A DNA stretch of 64,000 bases, from NCBI GenBank assembly GCA_964016885.1, contig OZ024740.1:280798001-280862000 (forward strand), read 5' to 3'. This document shows positions 13,415-27,492 of this stretch, in pieces. Numbering within the stretch: the stretch's first letter is position 1; each line of letters starts with the position of its first letter. Below the pieces are notes generated by a model that saw only the letters and a list, made by a program, of their open reading frames with translations, had not been told where the DNA came from and did not search any database. This stretch comes from Eledone cirrhosa. Lineage: Eukaryota. A program made the translations under genes and the position numbers.

Positions 13415-14402
13415 GTATGCAATCATGCATTTATACATAGATACATACACAGAGACACAAATACATACATATGTATGTATATGTGCGTGTTTGCGTGTGT
13501 GTATGTGTGTGTGTATTTCAGATATTCGTAGTAAAAAAGAAAACCCAAAGAAAACTGAGAATGCATGTTAATTATCATGAAATTGTAGAATTTATCAAAT
13601 ATAAAAATAGCTAATATACAACGTGAGTGAATAGTCTCTTTCTCTCTCCCCTATCTCTATGTATATAAAATTCAAGTTTGCTAATGGCATACGTTTAGAT
13701 AAATACATTTAGGGGTGATGTACTAAGTGACACGCGTTAAAAATTCTTAATCATCGAAATTTCGCTGATAGCTGATGAAAAAATAAAAATATAGTAGCAA
13801 TTATTATCAACCCTCAAAGAAAAGGAGGTGTAATTTGAATAAAGTAAGAACTAATTCCACAAAATTATTTTACGTGCTTCATTTAAAATTCGATCTTAGT
13901 TTGCAGGCAAAAGAATTATATACGGACATGTCAATTAATCAGCCACGCAAATTAAAAGTAAATGCTTAATTTCTTGAAATAATATTACCTTTTCGTTGAG
14001 TATCACTGCCAATTATCAGCAATTCTTTCATTACATCTCAGATGAAAATTTATATAAACAGGCAGTCATAGATAAACACTCAGACACATTTATAAACATA
14101 TACATATACATATATGTAGGTTATTCGGTAAAGTTGATGATTAATGGAGGTGGCATGAATGTGAAGAAACGATGCTAAAGAAGAGTGTATATATGAAATA
14201 CGATATAACGAATTTTCCTTTTAACATTTTTATTGTATATCGGCTGAAACGATAGATGTAACATCAGCATTGGTCTCCTCCTCAGACGTTTGCACACAAT
14301 TTGAAGATCTGGGGCTAATTATTTGTGAAACATATGCAATGGTCGAAACACAATAAACAAATTTCAAGTGAAATTTCTTTATATCATACTTTACATATAT
14401 AT

Positions 14403-14473
14403 AGTTAGTTCCACAACAAAATAGTAAACCATACTCAACGACGCGGGTCTGCTAATTTGTTGTGGAACTAACT
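14403..14473. repeat. Short fold-back hairpin
   Basis: Arms are agttagttccacaacaaa and tttgttgtggaactaact. The tail motif gaactaactct is shared with 27699-27843. Confidence 0.75.
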
Positions 14474-14619
14474 CTATACTCAACTCATCCTCTGGACTGA
14501 GAGCTCTGTTTGCTGCAGATACAAACTCTCGGTTTTCTTACTACTACTACTACTACTACTACTACTTACTATTCTCTCTCTCTATATATATACAATCATA
14601 TTCATTTCATTTTTTATGT

Positions 14620-15092
<473 letters not shown>

Positions 15093-15178
15093 GTAGGTCC
15101 CGGGTTGAGTCGGGGATAACCACAGTAAGTAAGGTACTCAATACATGCCAGAGTAAAATTTTTTTATTTTATAGAAGG

Positions 15179-15229
15179 AGCTTCTACAGGACTAGTACTG
15201 TTTCATTCAGATGAAATCTTCAGGAAGCT
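15179..15229 (-). ncRNA. Type I hammerhead ribozyme
   Basis: agcttc CTGAAGA t-ttca tc tgaa-t GAAA cag tactagtc ctg TA gaagct. Confidence 0.88.
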
Positions 15230-15803
15230 GGGTGTCATATTAAGTTCTGGTATTTATACATTTAGGTAGTGGCAAGGGAGGGGTGGTGGATGAGGGGGGG
15301 GGGGGTATTTAGATACACAGGACCACTTCATGGCACAGGCCGTTTTTTCTATGGGGAGTGGTCAATTAGCCAGAGTGCTTTTTTGAAATAAATAAATAAG
15401 TAAATAAATAAATAAATGAATAAATAAATAGATAAATGAATAAATAAATAAATAAATAAATAAAATAAATAAAGAAATAAATAAAAAATAAATAAATAAA
15501 ACCCCAAGAATAGTAATTCAACAGATATATAGTAGGGAAATTTTTTAGGTGGGTTGGTAATAGAAGTTAAACATTTAACAAGACCGATCATGGCACAGAC
15601 TGGGGTGAGTGGTCAAGTTAACATACAAGCCACAGGTGGCCAGAGTGTTTTAGTAGGATGGAAAGAATAAAATATATTTACATACTCACAACCACATACA
15701 AAAACACTTACACACACACATACATATATACTTACTTACATATACACACACACACATACATATGTGTGTGTGTGTGTGCACACCTACACATTCACACACA
15801 CAT

Positions 15804-15874
<71 letters not shown>

Positions 15875-15988
15875 TGTGTGCGCATACACATACACACACA
15901 CACACATACATATACACACACACACAAATATACGCACACACACGCATACACATACACACACATATATATATATATATCAATATCTATC

Positions 15989-16044
<56 letters not shown>

Positions 16045-16125
16045 CACACGCGCGCATACACATACATATATACATATACACACATACATACACACATATA
16101 CATGCATACATACACACATATATTC

Positions 16126-16156
<31 letters not shown>

Positions 16157-16385
16157 CACATCTACAAGTACGTATGTCTCCCTCGTGTAAACTATACTAT
16201 ACATACACATACATACATTTGCACACACATACATACACATACGTACACACAAACACATACATTCACACATATATATATGTGTGAATGTATGTGTTTGTGT
16301 GTACGTATGTGTATGTATGTGTGTGCAAATGAATGTATGTGTATGTATAGTATAGTTTACACGAGAGAGACATACGTACTTGTAG

Positions 16386-16435
<50 letters not shown>

Positions 16436-16508
16436 GTGTGTATGTATGCATGTATATGTGTGTATGTATGTGTGTATATGTATATATGTATGTGTATGCG
16501 CGCGTGTG

Positions 16509-16549
<41 letters not shown>

Positions 16550-16562
16550 ATATGTATATATA

Positions 16563-16605
<43 letters not shown>

Positions 16606-16739
16606 ATGTGTATGCGTGTGTGTGCGTATATTTGTGTGTTTGTGTTTTTCCTGTGTATATATGTATATATGTATATATGTGTATGTATGTGTGTGTGTGT
16701 GTGTGTATATGTATGTGTGTGTATGTGTATGCGCACACA

Positions 16740-16786
<47 letters not shown>

Positions 16787-17352
16787 GTGAATGTGTAGGT
16801 GTGCACACACACACACACATATGTATGTGTGTGTGTGTATATGTATGTAAGTATATATGTATGTGTGTGTGTAAGTGTTTTTGTATGTGGTTGTGAGTAT
16901 GTAAATATATTTTATTCTTTCCATCCTACTAAAACACTCTGGCCACCTGTGGCTTGTATGTTAACTTGACCACTCACCCCAGTCTGTGCCATGATTCGGT
17001 CTTGTTAAATGTTTAACTTCTATTACCAACCCACTTAAAAAATTTCCCTACTATATATCTGTTGAATTACTATTCTTGGGGTTTTATTTATTTATTTTTT
17101 ATTTATTTCTTTATTTATTTTATTTATTTATTTATTTATTTATTCATTTATCTATTTATTTATTCAATTATTTATTTATTTACTTATTTATTTTTTTCAA
17201 AAAAGCACTCTGGCTAATTGACCACTCCCCATAGGAAAAACGGCCTGTGCCATAAAGTGGTCCTGTGTATCTAAATACCCCCTCACCCCCATCCACCACC
17301 CCTCCCTTGCCACTACCTAAATGTATAAATACCAGAACTTAATATGACACCC

Positions 17353-17403
17353 AGCTTCCTGAAGATTTCATCTGAATGAAACAGTACTAGTCCTGTAGAA
17401 GCT
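17353..17403 (+). ncRNA. Type I hammerhead ribozyme (inverted twin of 15179-15229)
   Basis: agcttc CTGAAGA tttcatctgaat GAAA cagtactagtcctg TA gaagct. Confidence 0.88.
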
Positions 17404-17408
17404 CCTTC

Positions 17409-17461
<53 letters not shown>

Positions 17462-17696
17462 TTTAGAAACACACAGATACACGCGGACACACACATATAT
17501 ACATGAATGCATCCGCACCCAACTGTGAGTTAAGGGTGCCAACTTCACCGATGTTGCTCAATGAATGACTGGGACAGACTAATTCAGTTTGAACCAGACT
17601 GAACCAGTATCAGAGTTAAAAATACATTATGAAGAGAGAAGAAACATTTAGATATAATTAGTAATAAAATGTATCATACCTAAACTGTTCCTAAAT

Positions 17697-17784
17697 TCCT
17701 CGACTACGTAGTTTCGTGGCATAAACAAAAACAATATATCAAAGATATAGAGTCCTTGCGAGGTCTGCCGACTTATCAAGAGGA
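17697..17784 (-). ncRNA. Type I hammerhead ribozyme, U3-A8 core variant
   Basis: tcctc TTGATAA gt-c-ggca..tgcc-ac GAAA ctacgtag TC gagga. Stem III is the palindrome ACTACGTAGT and the site is GUC. It lies between direct repeats atatatttagaaacacacagata (~17457 and ~18048). Confidence 0.8.
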
Positions 17785-18106
17785 TACCTCATTTTACTAG
17801 TCTCAGGAACGCGTCTACACGACGTGAGAAAGAATCCCAAAAGGCGGAGGGGGAGACAGTCACGCGATATAACGGTCGAGAAACGGAGCTAAGCCTCTTA
17901 TAACCACGAAGAAAATACCACGGAGGCGGAGGGGGTATTCATATCGAGGCCGTAGAAGAGGTAGTGAAGAAGGCGAGAAGTATGAGTAATGGAAGCTTTC
18001 CAGTTGTCCCCACACTTCAAAGATTGCTCGACCAGAGGGAGTTATTAATATATTTAGAAACACACAGATATATATATATATAACTATCTCTATATATATA
18101 TACATA

Positions 18107-18161
<55 letters not shown>

Positions 18162-18162
18162 G

Positions 18163-18247
<85 letters not shown>

Positions 18248-18272
18248 GTATACGTATATATATGTATATATG

Positions 18273-18305
<33 letters not shown>

Positions 18306-18499
18306 TTATATATATATATATATATATATCATAAAACATGTCTATAGAATCACTTTATATATATATATATGTCTATATATATAAATATATATATATATAT
18401 GTATATATATGTATATATATATCTATGTATATATATGTATATATATATATATGTATGTATATATCTATGTATATATATGTATATATATGTATATGTATG

Positions 18500-18530
<31 letters not shown>

Positions 18531-18575
18531 GTATATGTATATATATTTATATATATATATATATATGTATATATT

Positions 18576-18647
<72 letters not shown>

Positions 18648-18650
<3 letters not shown>

Positions 18651-19480
18651 GAATAAATTTAGTCCTTCATCAGTGATCTTCCAACTTTCATTGTTATTTC
18701 ATCGCTTTAAAGACCATATACCTCCGGTTGGTGCGAGTAACGGCTAAAGAAAGTCGTTGGGACACGTAAATAGGGGAAACGAGCGAGACAGTAAACAATC
18801 AAAGATGGTAATGCAACGAAAAGTGAGGAAGAAGGAGTCAATCCCTGAAATCGATGAATATAAGTTCTGTGAAACCGTGGACGAGAGAGAATAGAGACCA
18901 TCAAACCTAGTCGAAATGTGAGCAAGGAAAGAATTTCGCACAGGTCAAACGGGAGGAAGACGGAGTCTAGTCCCTGAATTCAGTGAACATAAGTTCTGTG
19001 AAATCGTAGACGAGAGAGAAAAAAAGAACAACCAACCTGGTAAAAGTGCGCGTGAGGAAAGAATTTTGCACAGGTCAAACGGGAGGAAGTGGGAGAGGGA
19101 GTAGCAGAGAGTGAGTGAGTGAAAAGTGAGGAAGAGGCTAACAGAGAGAGTGACTGTTAGAGGGGGTAAGGGAGGTGAAAGACACAGAGAAAGAGGAAGC
19201 AGTAAGAATGAAAAACACGGGTCACAGCGGGGGAAAATATATATGTGTGAATATGAAAACAAGTCGTGCCGGCTGCATGGTTGCAAATGGGTTACATATG
19301 AATAAATTTAGTCCTTCATCAGTGATCTTCCAACCTTCATTGGTATTCCACCGCTTTAAAGACCATATACCTCCGGTTGGTGTGAGCAACGGCTAAAGAA
19401 AGTCGTTGGTACACGTAAATTGGGGGAACGAGCGAGACTGTAAACAATCAAAGATGGTAATGCAACGAAATGTGAGGAAT
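18648..19480. repeat. Partial-tandem element: ~180-bp direct repeats plus internal ~130-bp duplication, (TA)n-flanked
   Basis: atgaataaatttagtccttcatcag..gtgaggaa occurs at 18649 and 19298. Confidence 0.85.
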
Positions 19481-20518
19481 ATATAGATACATATATATAT
19501 ATATGTATATATATATAAATTAATAAAATAATGAATAAACAAAGAAACAGTTCCTTATATTAAAAAAAATTCATCATTTTACGATCGTTTCTAGGATATA
19601 TATGTGTTAGAGTTGGTATGCATATTCTATAGATCTATGTACAATATTTATACAAACTATCAGAGGGAATATACATACCTACACATATATATGCTGTCTT
19701 CAGAAATAATGATATTTGTTTATTGAAAAAAGCAAAGATTCAATACAATAGGTCTGTTTGGGAACAGGTTTTGAATTGACCAATAGAGAGATAGTGAGGG
19801 TCAGGATAGTAATATAGTAGTAGAAGAACCTTAAATTATGGGTAGAGGAAGGTAGATTTCAGTTTTGGATGGAAACAAATATTATGAATGAAGGATTATT
19901 TTAGGGAAGAGATAGGTCTTATGTTGACCTCAGAAATAATTTTATTTGTTCATTGAATAAAACCAACAAAGGTCTAATATATTCTGTCTGTTTGGTAAGA
20001 GGTTTAGAATTAACTAATAGAAAGTTAATAATTGGCCAAATGGTAAAATAGTAGTAATTGAAGCTTATTTTAGGGGTGAAAATAGGTCAGGTGGTCAGTA
20101 AAAGGTATACAAGCAGTTGTTGTTATAAAATAGTAATGCCAATACAAATATCTAAGGTGACTAAAGTTTTAAGATAAGAATGTTAGTGAAAAAATACATC
20201 TATGAAAAGAATATAAATTAATTTAATTGATGGGTATATTTATATTGATAAAATTATACTAATACATATAGATATGATAAATAAGAGTTAGATGCAGTTG
20301 AAAAGTGTTGTTAAAGATGAGGGGAAATTAAAAGAATATAAAAATAATATAAATATATATATATATATACACTTATACATATATATATATATATAAATAT
20401 ATATACACATACACACATATATATATATATATATACACTTACACATATATATATATACATATGTATACACATACACACACATACACACACATATATATAT
20501 ATATATACACATATATAT

Positions 20519-20594
<76 letters not shown>

Positions 20595-21125
20595 GATATA
20601 TACATGCATATATAGATACATATACACACATATACACACACATATACACTTATATATACATATAATTATTGGGGCGGGGGGATTAAATTTATTAGTGAGA
20701 AATAGTAAATATATATAGTTTTCAAGGAACATAGAGTCATAACCTGAAGTTAAAGCCTTATATATGTTTACTTAATGGTATCAGTTTTAGGAAATGATAT
20801 TTGTAAGAAGGAAAGCAAAATTATGTAGTTCATCAGTAGTAGAATATTAATTATAGGTTAACTAAATTAAAAATAGTTTATATATTAATTTCTAAAGTGT
20901 ATATTAATTAGGTTTATAATTTTTAAAGCAGAATTAAGTAGTTCATCAGTAGTAGAATATTAATTATAGGTTAACTAAATTAAAAATAATTTATAAATTA
21001 ATTTCTAAAGTGTATATTAATTAGGTTTATAATATTTAAAGGTTTTTCTCAGTTCATGATTACACGACATTATTAATTCCTGTCGCTTATTTAATAGGAT
21101 ATTTAATAGGATATCCTTAGATTTC

Positions 21126-21270
<145 letters not shown>

Positions 21271-21281
21271 ATATATATATC

Positions 21282-21317
<36 letters not shown>

Positions 21318-21324
<7 letters not shown>

Positions 21325-21951
21325 ATATTTGGGGAGGGTCATATTTGCGTAATATTGCCAGAATTAATAACAGAACACACTCACTGTTTGGTTGGTTTTC
21401 GTTTCTCGCTGTCTTTTATATATATATATCTGCGATCTAACTTACTCGGTCCTCAATGTTGCCATTGACTGACCGGCGGTCAAAAATAATACAGATACAA
21501 TATAGACAAACACATATATATATAGTTTACATAAATCTTTCGTTGCACATCTGCAACATCGTCGGTGGTGTTATATTCATTGTTCCTCCTGTTGTGTTGT
21601 ATGTCTACGCCATTTTTTTTGTTCAGTCTGTTTTGGACAGACTGAACAAAAAAAATGGCGTAGACATACAACACAACAGGAGGAACAATGAATATAACAC
21701 CACCGACGATGTTGCAGATGTGCAACGAAAGATTTATGTAAACTATATATATATGTGTTTGTCTATATTGTATCTGTATTATTTTTGACCGCCGGTCAGT
21801 CAATGGCAACATTGAGGACCGAGTAAGTTAGATCGCAGATATATATATATAAAAGACAGCGAGAAACGAAAACCAACCAAACAGTGAGTGTGTTCTGTTA
21901 TTAATTCTGGCAATATTACGCAAATATGACCCTCCCCAAATATAACAATAT
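21318..21951. repeat. ~630-bp near-perfect palindrome between (TA)n tracts
   Basis: The arms meet at gttcagtctgt-tttgg-acagactgaac (21621-21647). The mirror ORFs 21456+ and 21480- differ only at the loop. Confidence 0.95.
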
Positions 21952-22006
21952 CTGTTTCGACACACGATTTCATATAAAAAACCTCGCAAAACTAATTCAT
22001 CGCCGC

Positions 22007-22060
<54 letters not shown>

Positions 22061-22066
22061 CACATA

Positions 22067-22144
<78 letters not shown>

Positions 22145-22148
<4 letters not shown>

Positions 22149-23290
22149 TTTACATATATATATACATATACGTGTATTGCAACTGGTCACTTTGTGGCTC
22201 AATGAAAAATTAATAAATTAAATAATCAGAGCTATATATCATAAAACATGTCTATAGAATCACAAGATAAAATATATACTATTTCCTCTCCCAATTAGCA
22301 TAATTAACTATATAAAAAATCGAATAGACCAGGCTATAAGAATGAGGCTTCTATGAAGAAATCTCCGACAAATAACCAAAACTAGCCCTTCGCGTCGGCC
22401 GTAGCGGAATAATTATCGAATATTTCGACAGCGTAATCGCCCAGATACAGTCAACTAAACAGAATTAGGTGTAAAATAAACTAGGAGAAAATAGAATACA
22501 TTTAAAAACCTCTACCATGGTTTCATCCGTATTTTGAGTCTTCCAATAATTATGTAATAATTATATAAACTCGAGCGCCGGATTCATCAGGAAGTTCGCT
22601 CTTATCTAGACACTAAATTTTCCAAAGTGATCGCGCCAAGAATTCATTCAAAATGGCTAAAAATCGTGACGTAGTCGCGGTCAGGTTGGAAGGGTGTGGT
22701 AGTTGCTTACGACTGATGGCATTTTTGCTAGAAAGCACAGCACAATACAGCCAAATTTATATCTCAACCTAATGGGAGATTATTACATATAAAAGTTTAC
22801 ATATATATATACATATATATACATATTACGTGTATTGCAACTGGTCACTTTGTGGCTCAATGAAAAATTAATAAATTAAATAATCAGAGCTATATATAAT
22901 AAAACATGTCTATAGAATCACAACATAAAATATATACTATTTCCTCTCCCAATTAGCATAATTAACTATATAAATTAATTAAACTATACATATTAATTTG
23001 GCATTTGTATAAACTATTTCAAGTAAATAGGGACCTTTTTTAGATTGACGGTCATCTTTTATATTTATCGAATATTTCGACATCGTAATCGCCCAGATAC
23101 AGTCAACTAAACAGAATTAGGTGGAAATTACTGAATACATTTTTGTGTCATATAATTTGTTGTTTTATTATTATAGCTGACCCCTTATAGATAAGCATGT
23201 TATCCATATACATATTAATTTGGCATATGTATAAACTATTTCAAGTAAAGAGGGACCTTTTTTAGATTGACGGACATCTTTTATATTAAT
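22145..23290. repeat. Mosaic of interleaved direct repeats around a hammerhead
   Basis: Repeat pairs are 22145-22315/22793-22973, 22415-22472/23066-23123 and 22985-23065/23207-23287. Confidence 0.8.
22507..22596 (-). ncRNA. Type I hammerhead ribozyme
   Basis: aacttc CTGATGA atccg-(long loop)-cggat GAAA ccatgg TA gaggtt. Stem III is the palindrome ACCATGGT. Confidence 0.9.
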
Positions 23291-23292
23291 TA

Positions 23293-23551
23293 TCTATATC
23301 TATATCTACATATAATATAAAAGATTGGAACTTCCATCATCCTTTTAAGAAATGTGGAACAACCACGTCTATGCAATGATACACGTTTTACAGTCAGGCA
23401 GAAGATGAACTATCTCCTAGAGGTCACTATTCTAAAATTATTCATATACTATGCACAATCGGTACAACGAAAAATATGGTATATCTGGAAGATTTTTTAC
23501 CTGTCTTCTCTTATCATCTGTTTACCCGGGCGAAGCTGGGTATGTCAGCTA

Positions 23552-23552
<1 letters not shown>
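23293..23552 (+). mobile_element. 260-bp non-autonomous Helitron
   Basis: It starts A|TCTATATC and carries the Pif1 remnant EQPRLCNDTRFTVRQKMNYLLEVTIL. It ends with the hairpin cccgggcgaagctggg and CTAG|T. Confidence 0.88.
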
Positions 23553-23589
<37 letters not shown>

Positions 23590-23619
23590 TAAAACATGTC
23601 TATAGAATCACAAGATAAT

Positions 23620-26290
23620 CTCATGTTCAATGCTAAGACACGTTGCTGCATTTCTTCATAAGGAATTGGCAAATTGAAATCTGTTAAACATTTGAAATGA
23701 ACTTCAAACAGTTGCTCAATATTGAGCAAAACAATAGCTTTCATCAAATTTTCATCATCGACCTGAAGATGATGCCTAAAATCATCAGCCATGGCGATCA
23801 AATAACTCTCTTGGATCGGCAGGATTGCAGAATCCTAAAATCGTGACAAACAACTACCTTATTTGAGCTGGCATCTGTGTTGTTCCTGCAGCTTCCATGG
23901 CGTTATTCCATTTAGCGTCAACCTGAAGGAGTTCCAGATGCTGACACACAGACTGGTATGTTTCATATTCCTCGCAATTGATTGTTTTCAAATCAGCGAA
24001 GCTCTGTTTACCTCTCGAAAAATCATTATGAAACAGAATTCGGAGATAAAACACATCACCAGATGCTGGATGGACATTACAAACCCGTCCAATAGTCATG
24101 AATCTCAACTTTTATTTTCTATCATTCCATTTCTTTCCCTTCTTATCCCACGTATAGTGCGAAGGGAAATCGCAGTAGAGTTGCCTTTGATCCGGGTTCA
24201 AATTTTGTTCCCTATTATGCTTGAACCACTCAGTCAATTCCGTCTTAGGAGGTGGTGCGTTAGCAATTCTTTCGACACCTCTTCTAGTGTCCTGAAAATA
24301 AACCATTTGCCTATTCTCTAAGAGAACCGTCAGTTTCTGAACGCTGGGTTTGCGTTCATTGAGATCAAAATCGAACAATCTCCAGCAAGCTTCACTAGAT
24401 CCAATCGAGCGAACATCCTGGAACCTGCCAACTTCATCTCCTTGGTTCGCTTCCTCATTCCTGACATTGATCATTGCCCGATCATGACCTTTGTAAACAT
24501 ATTTGAATAGATATTTGCAAGCTTTCACTGAGCTACAAATTTCCACATTAATATGACAACGATATTTCATAATCAAATATGGATTGATTTGTAACCTGTT
24601 GACCGTTTACATTTTCGACCAAACCGCCATCTGCAGGCGACCGTCTTCTGTATGAGGGATGAGCATCCCCATCGTTCCAGGAACTGTTCGTGACAAAAGA
24701 TTTCGGAAAGTGCTTACTGCATTGGCCATTTTTTCATACAATGCGCTTTCCGATTTGCCACTCCGCATTGGTTGTGCACCATTGACTTTGCCACCAAGTT
24801 GCGTAGTGCCTCATTCTCCGGCAGTTCAGCACACACAATGCTGTCGACATCCTCAGCACATCTCAATTTGCAATGTCTATGTAAAATGATCAGCAAATGT
24901 GCATGTGGCAATCCTCTTTTTTGGAATTCAATTACGTATGTAAAAGCAACTATACCTCCAAAGATTCCCTCTTTTTCCACATCATCCATTATCTTTTTCA
25001 GATATCCTTTGAATACTCTCGCCACAATATCAGGACAGTCCTTTGGCTGTTGTCCTGGCAAAAGTGCATCCTTAATATCAGTCCATTCAGGATTGAATGT
25101 AACCGTTATAAACAAATCTGGCTTTCCAAACTTTCTGACAATAGCCATTGCATCCTGATAGCGAATGTTCATATATCTCGGGCCGCCGATGAACGACGAT
25201 GGCAAAATGATGCGTCGACCAATTTGCTTGTAATTGGCATCATCGGCTGTTATCGCATCCTGTATACTATTATACAATTCAGCTCTGATATGTTGCTGAT
25301 GAGTAGCTATATAATTTAGCCTTTGATTTTCGATCTTTGCGAATGCCATACAACAGTTTTCCTGGAACAATCTGCTGGCTTGAAATAGCGCATTTCTCTG
25401 TTGATTCCTTTCGTTGAAATGGAAGTTCAGTTTTATTTCCCGGCAACTTCATCCAACCGATCCTGATGTGCTTCTCCGATTCACTATAATCTGGATCGTT
25501 AACGTAAATTTGAGCGAATCGAGGCCTCTCTCCTGGGGTAACTTCTAAATTACCGATACAATGATAGAAACGGCCTTGAATGACTACATTCGGTTGCCAT
25601 GCCCCACTCTCAAACATCTCACTAACTCTCTGCGTTGCTAAAGCTAATGAATTGTTAATTTGCCGGAAATATTTGCGCAGTAATCGACCTCGGTCTCCTT
25701 GATCACCCCACATACTTAGTATTTTAAACTCCGGTGACTCCTCATCATCCGGCATTCGCAAGGGTTCTAGTTGAACTGCTCCTTTATGACAGCACATTGT
25801 GGTCCACGTCTTTTTGTGCCTCCAAAGCAATGCTCCACAATGTGGACACGCTGCTCGTCCATAATCTGAAAATGACACGGTTGGCATGATCCATTTTTAA
25901 TATCATTCGTTCGCCTTCTAGCTTCTTTACTGGAATGAGGAGCACTTTGGCGACACATTCTCTGAACTTCTGTATTGCGCTGGCGCTGTTCAGCCAGCTC
26001 CTCTTCATACATCGCAGCACGCCGTTGCTGCTGAATTCTGGCCATCTGCTGATGATGCTCAGCCAGTTCGTCTTCAACCATCGCTGCACGTCGTCGCTGC
26101 TTGGCTCCAGTGTTTCGTTGGCGTTGTTCAGCCAGCTCCTCTTCATTCATGGCGGCACGTCTTCGCCTCTGAAGTTCGGCGTTCCGATGGCGCTGTTCGG
26201 CCCGTTTTTCTTCATTGCTGGCTGCACGCCGTCGCCGCTGTAGTTCACTGTTTGATAAAGTCGAATTGCTTTTATTATCAGTATTCATTT
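23620..26290 (-). pseudogene. Helitron RepHel N-terminal and Rep (HUH) region, frameshifted, helicase missing
   Basis: Motifs are repeats RRRAAMNEEELAEQRQRN, a zinc motif CPHC..CC, PDLFITVTFNPEW, VIEFQKRGLPHAHLL and CHINVE..KYLFKYVYKGHD. The element 5' end is probably near 27240. Confidence 0.92.
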
Positions 26291-27232
26291 CGAGTAATTG
26301 TCAAAAAATGACACAATAATAAATATAAAAGATGTTCGTCAATGTTAAAAAAATGTCCCTATTTACTCCCTTCACAACTCTGTGTATGTTAGACTGACAG
26401 ACAGGCACACAGACAGATAAACTGCGTGGCGATTGTGGAACGCCACACACATACACGCATGGAAACGCTACACGCACGCAAACTTACACACGTACACACT
26501 CACATATGTTGATAGTTTTTATTTTCTGTGGAACGCTGCATGCACGCACACACACATAAACATACGCGCACGTACATACACACGCACACATGTTAATAGT
26601 TATTGCTTTCCTTCCCCTCTTATTTCCACACACATCACACACACAAACATGTCTCTACACTGACACATATACATAGTGTATAAAAAATGACACAATAATA
26701 AATACATCCAATACAGTCATTTTCTTTTTTACCTGTCTTCTCTTATCATCTGTATACCCGGGCGAAGCCGGGTACGTCAGCTAGTATATATTAATTTAAA
26801 AGCTCTGTGTATGTTAGACTGACAGACAGGCACACAGACAGATAAACTGCGTGGCGATTGTGGAACGATCCACGTACACACACATACACGCATGGAAACA
26901 CGCACACGCACGCACACTTACACACGCACCCGTGCACTTACACACACTTACACACTCACACATGTTGATAGTTTTTACTTTCTGTGGAACGCTGCACGCA
27001 CGCACACACACATAAAAATACGCACACGTACGTACACACGCACACATGGTAATAGTTACAGCGTTCACTTTGCCTCTCTGTTTCTCTTTGCCTCTCTGTC
27101 CCCTCTCACTCCCTCATTGGCATTATGCGTATTAATTTAAGTTTGGTGTCGTTGAGGTGGGCGGTGTCGTTTGAAACATATGAACCAATGATAATCGAGA
27201 ATTATGATAAACGGAATACTGACATTGTTGAA

Positions 27233-27288
<56 letters not shown>

Positions 27289-27492
27289 AAATGTGTGTAA
27301 TCCTTGGTACAGTTAGGTATATTAAGACAGGGGGGAAGAAAAAAATGGTTTCACTTGTGCTTTCAACAAATTTATTTTCTTCACAAAATCCCAAAAGAAT
27401 TTTTTTTCCGGATTAGAAAAAATTTTTTTAAAAAAGATTTTTTATAAATTAAGTCGTTGGTTGTTGGTTAGGTCTTAGGAGTTCTTGGTTAA

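Larger units (their letters stand above)
15167..17416. repeat. 2.25-kb spacer-less palindrome with a hammerhead near each outer end
   Basis: The centre is attcacacatatatatatgtgtgaat (16261-16286). The arms are near-identical with SNPs and microsatellite length differences. The right end runs into poly(A), then (TA)n. Confidence 0.92.

Noticed and set aside
18660-19330. CTGATGA on the minus strand of both direct repeats
   Set aside because: There is no downstream GAAA with a stem III or stem I complement.
20825-21040. ~112-bp tandem duplication containing CTGATGA (minus strand)
   Set aside because: The duplication is real, but the stems do not pair as a hammerhead.
23760-26060. CTGANGA matches within the Helitron remnant (similar matches occur in LINE remnants elsewhere)
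   Set aside because: They lie in coding sequence and have no flanking helices.
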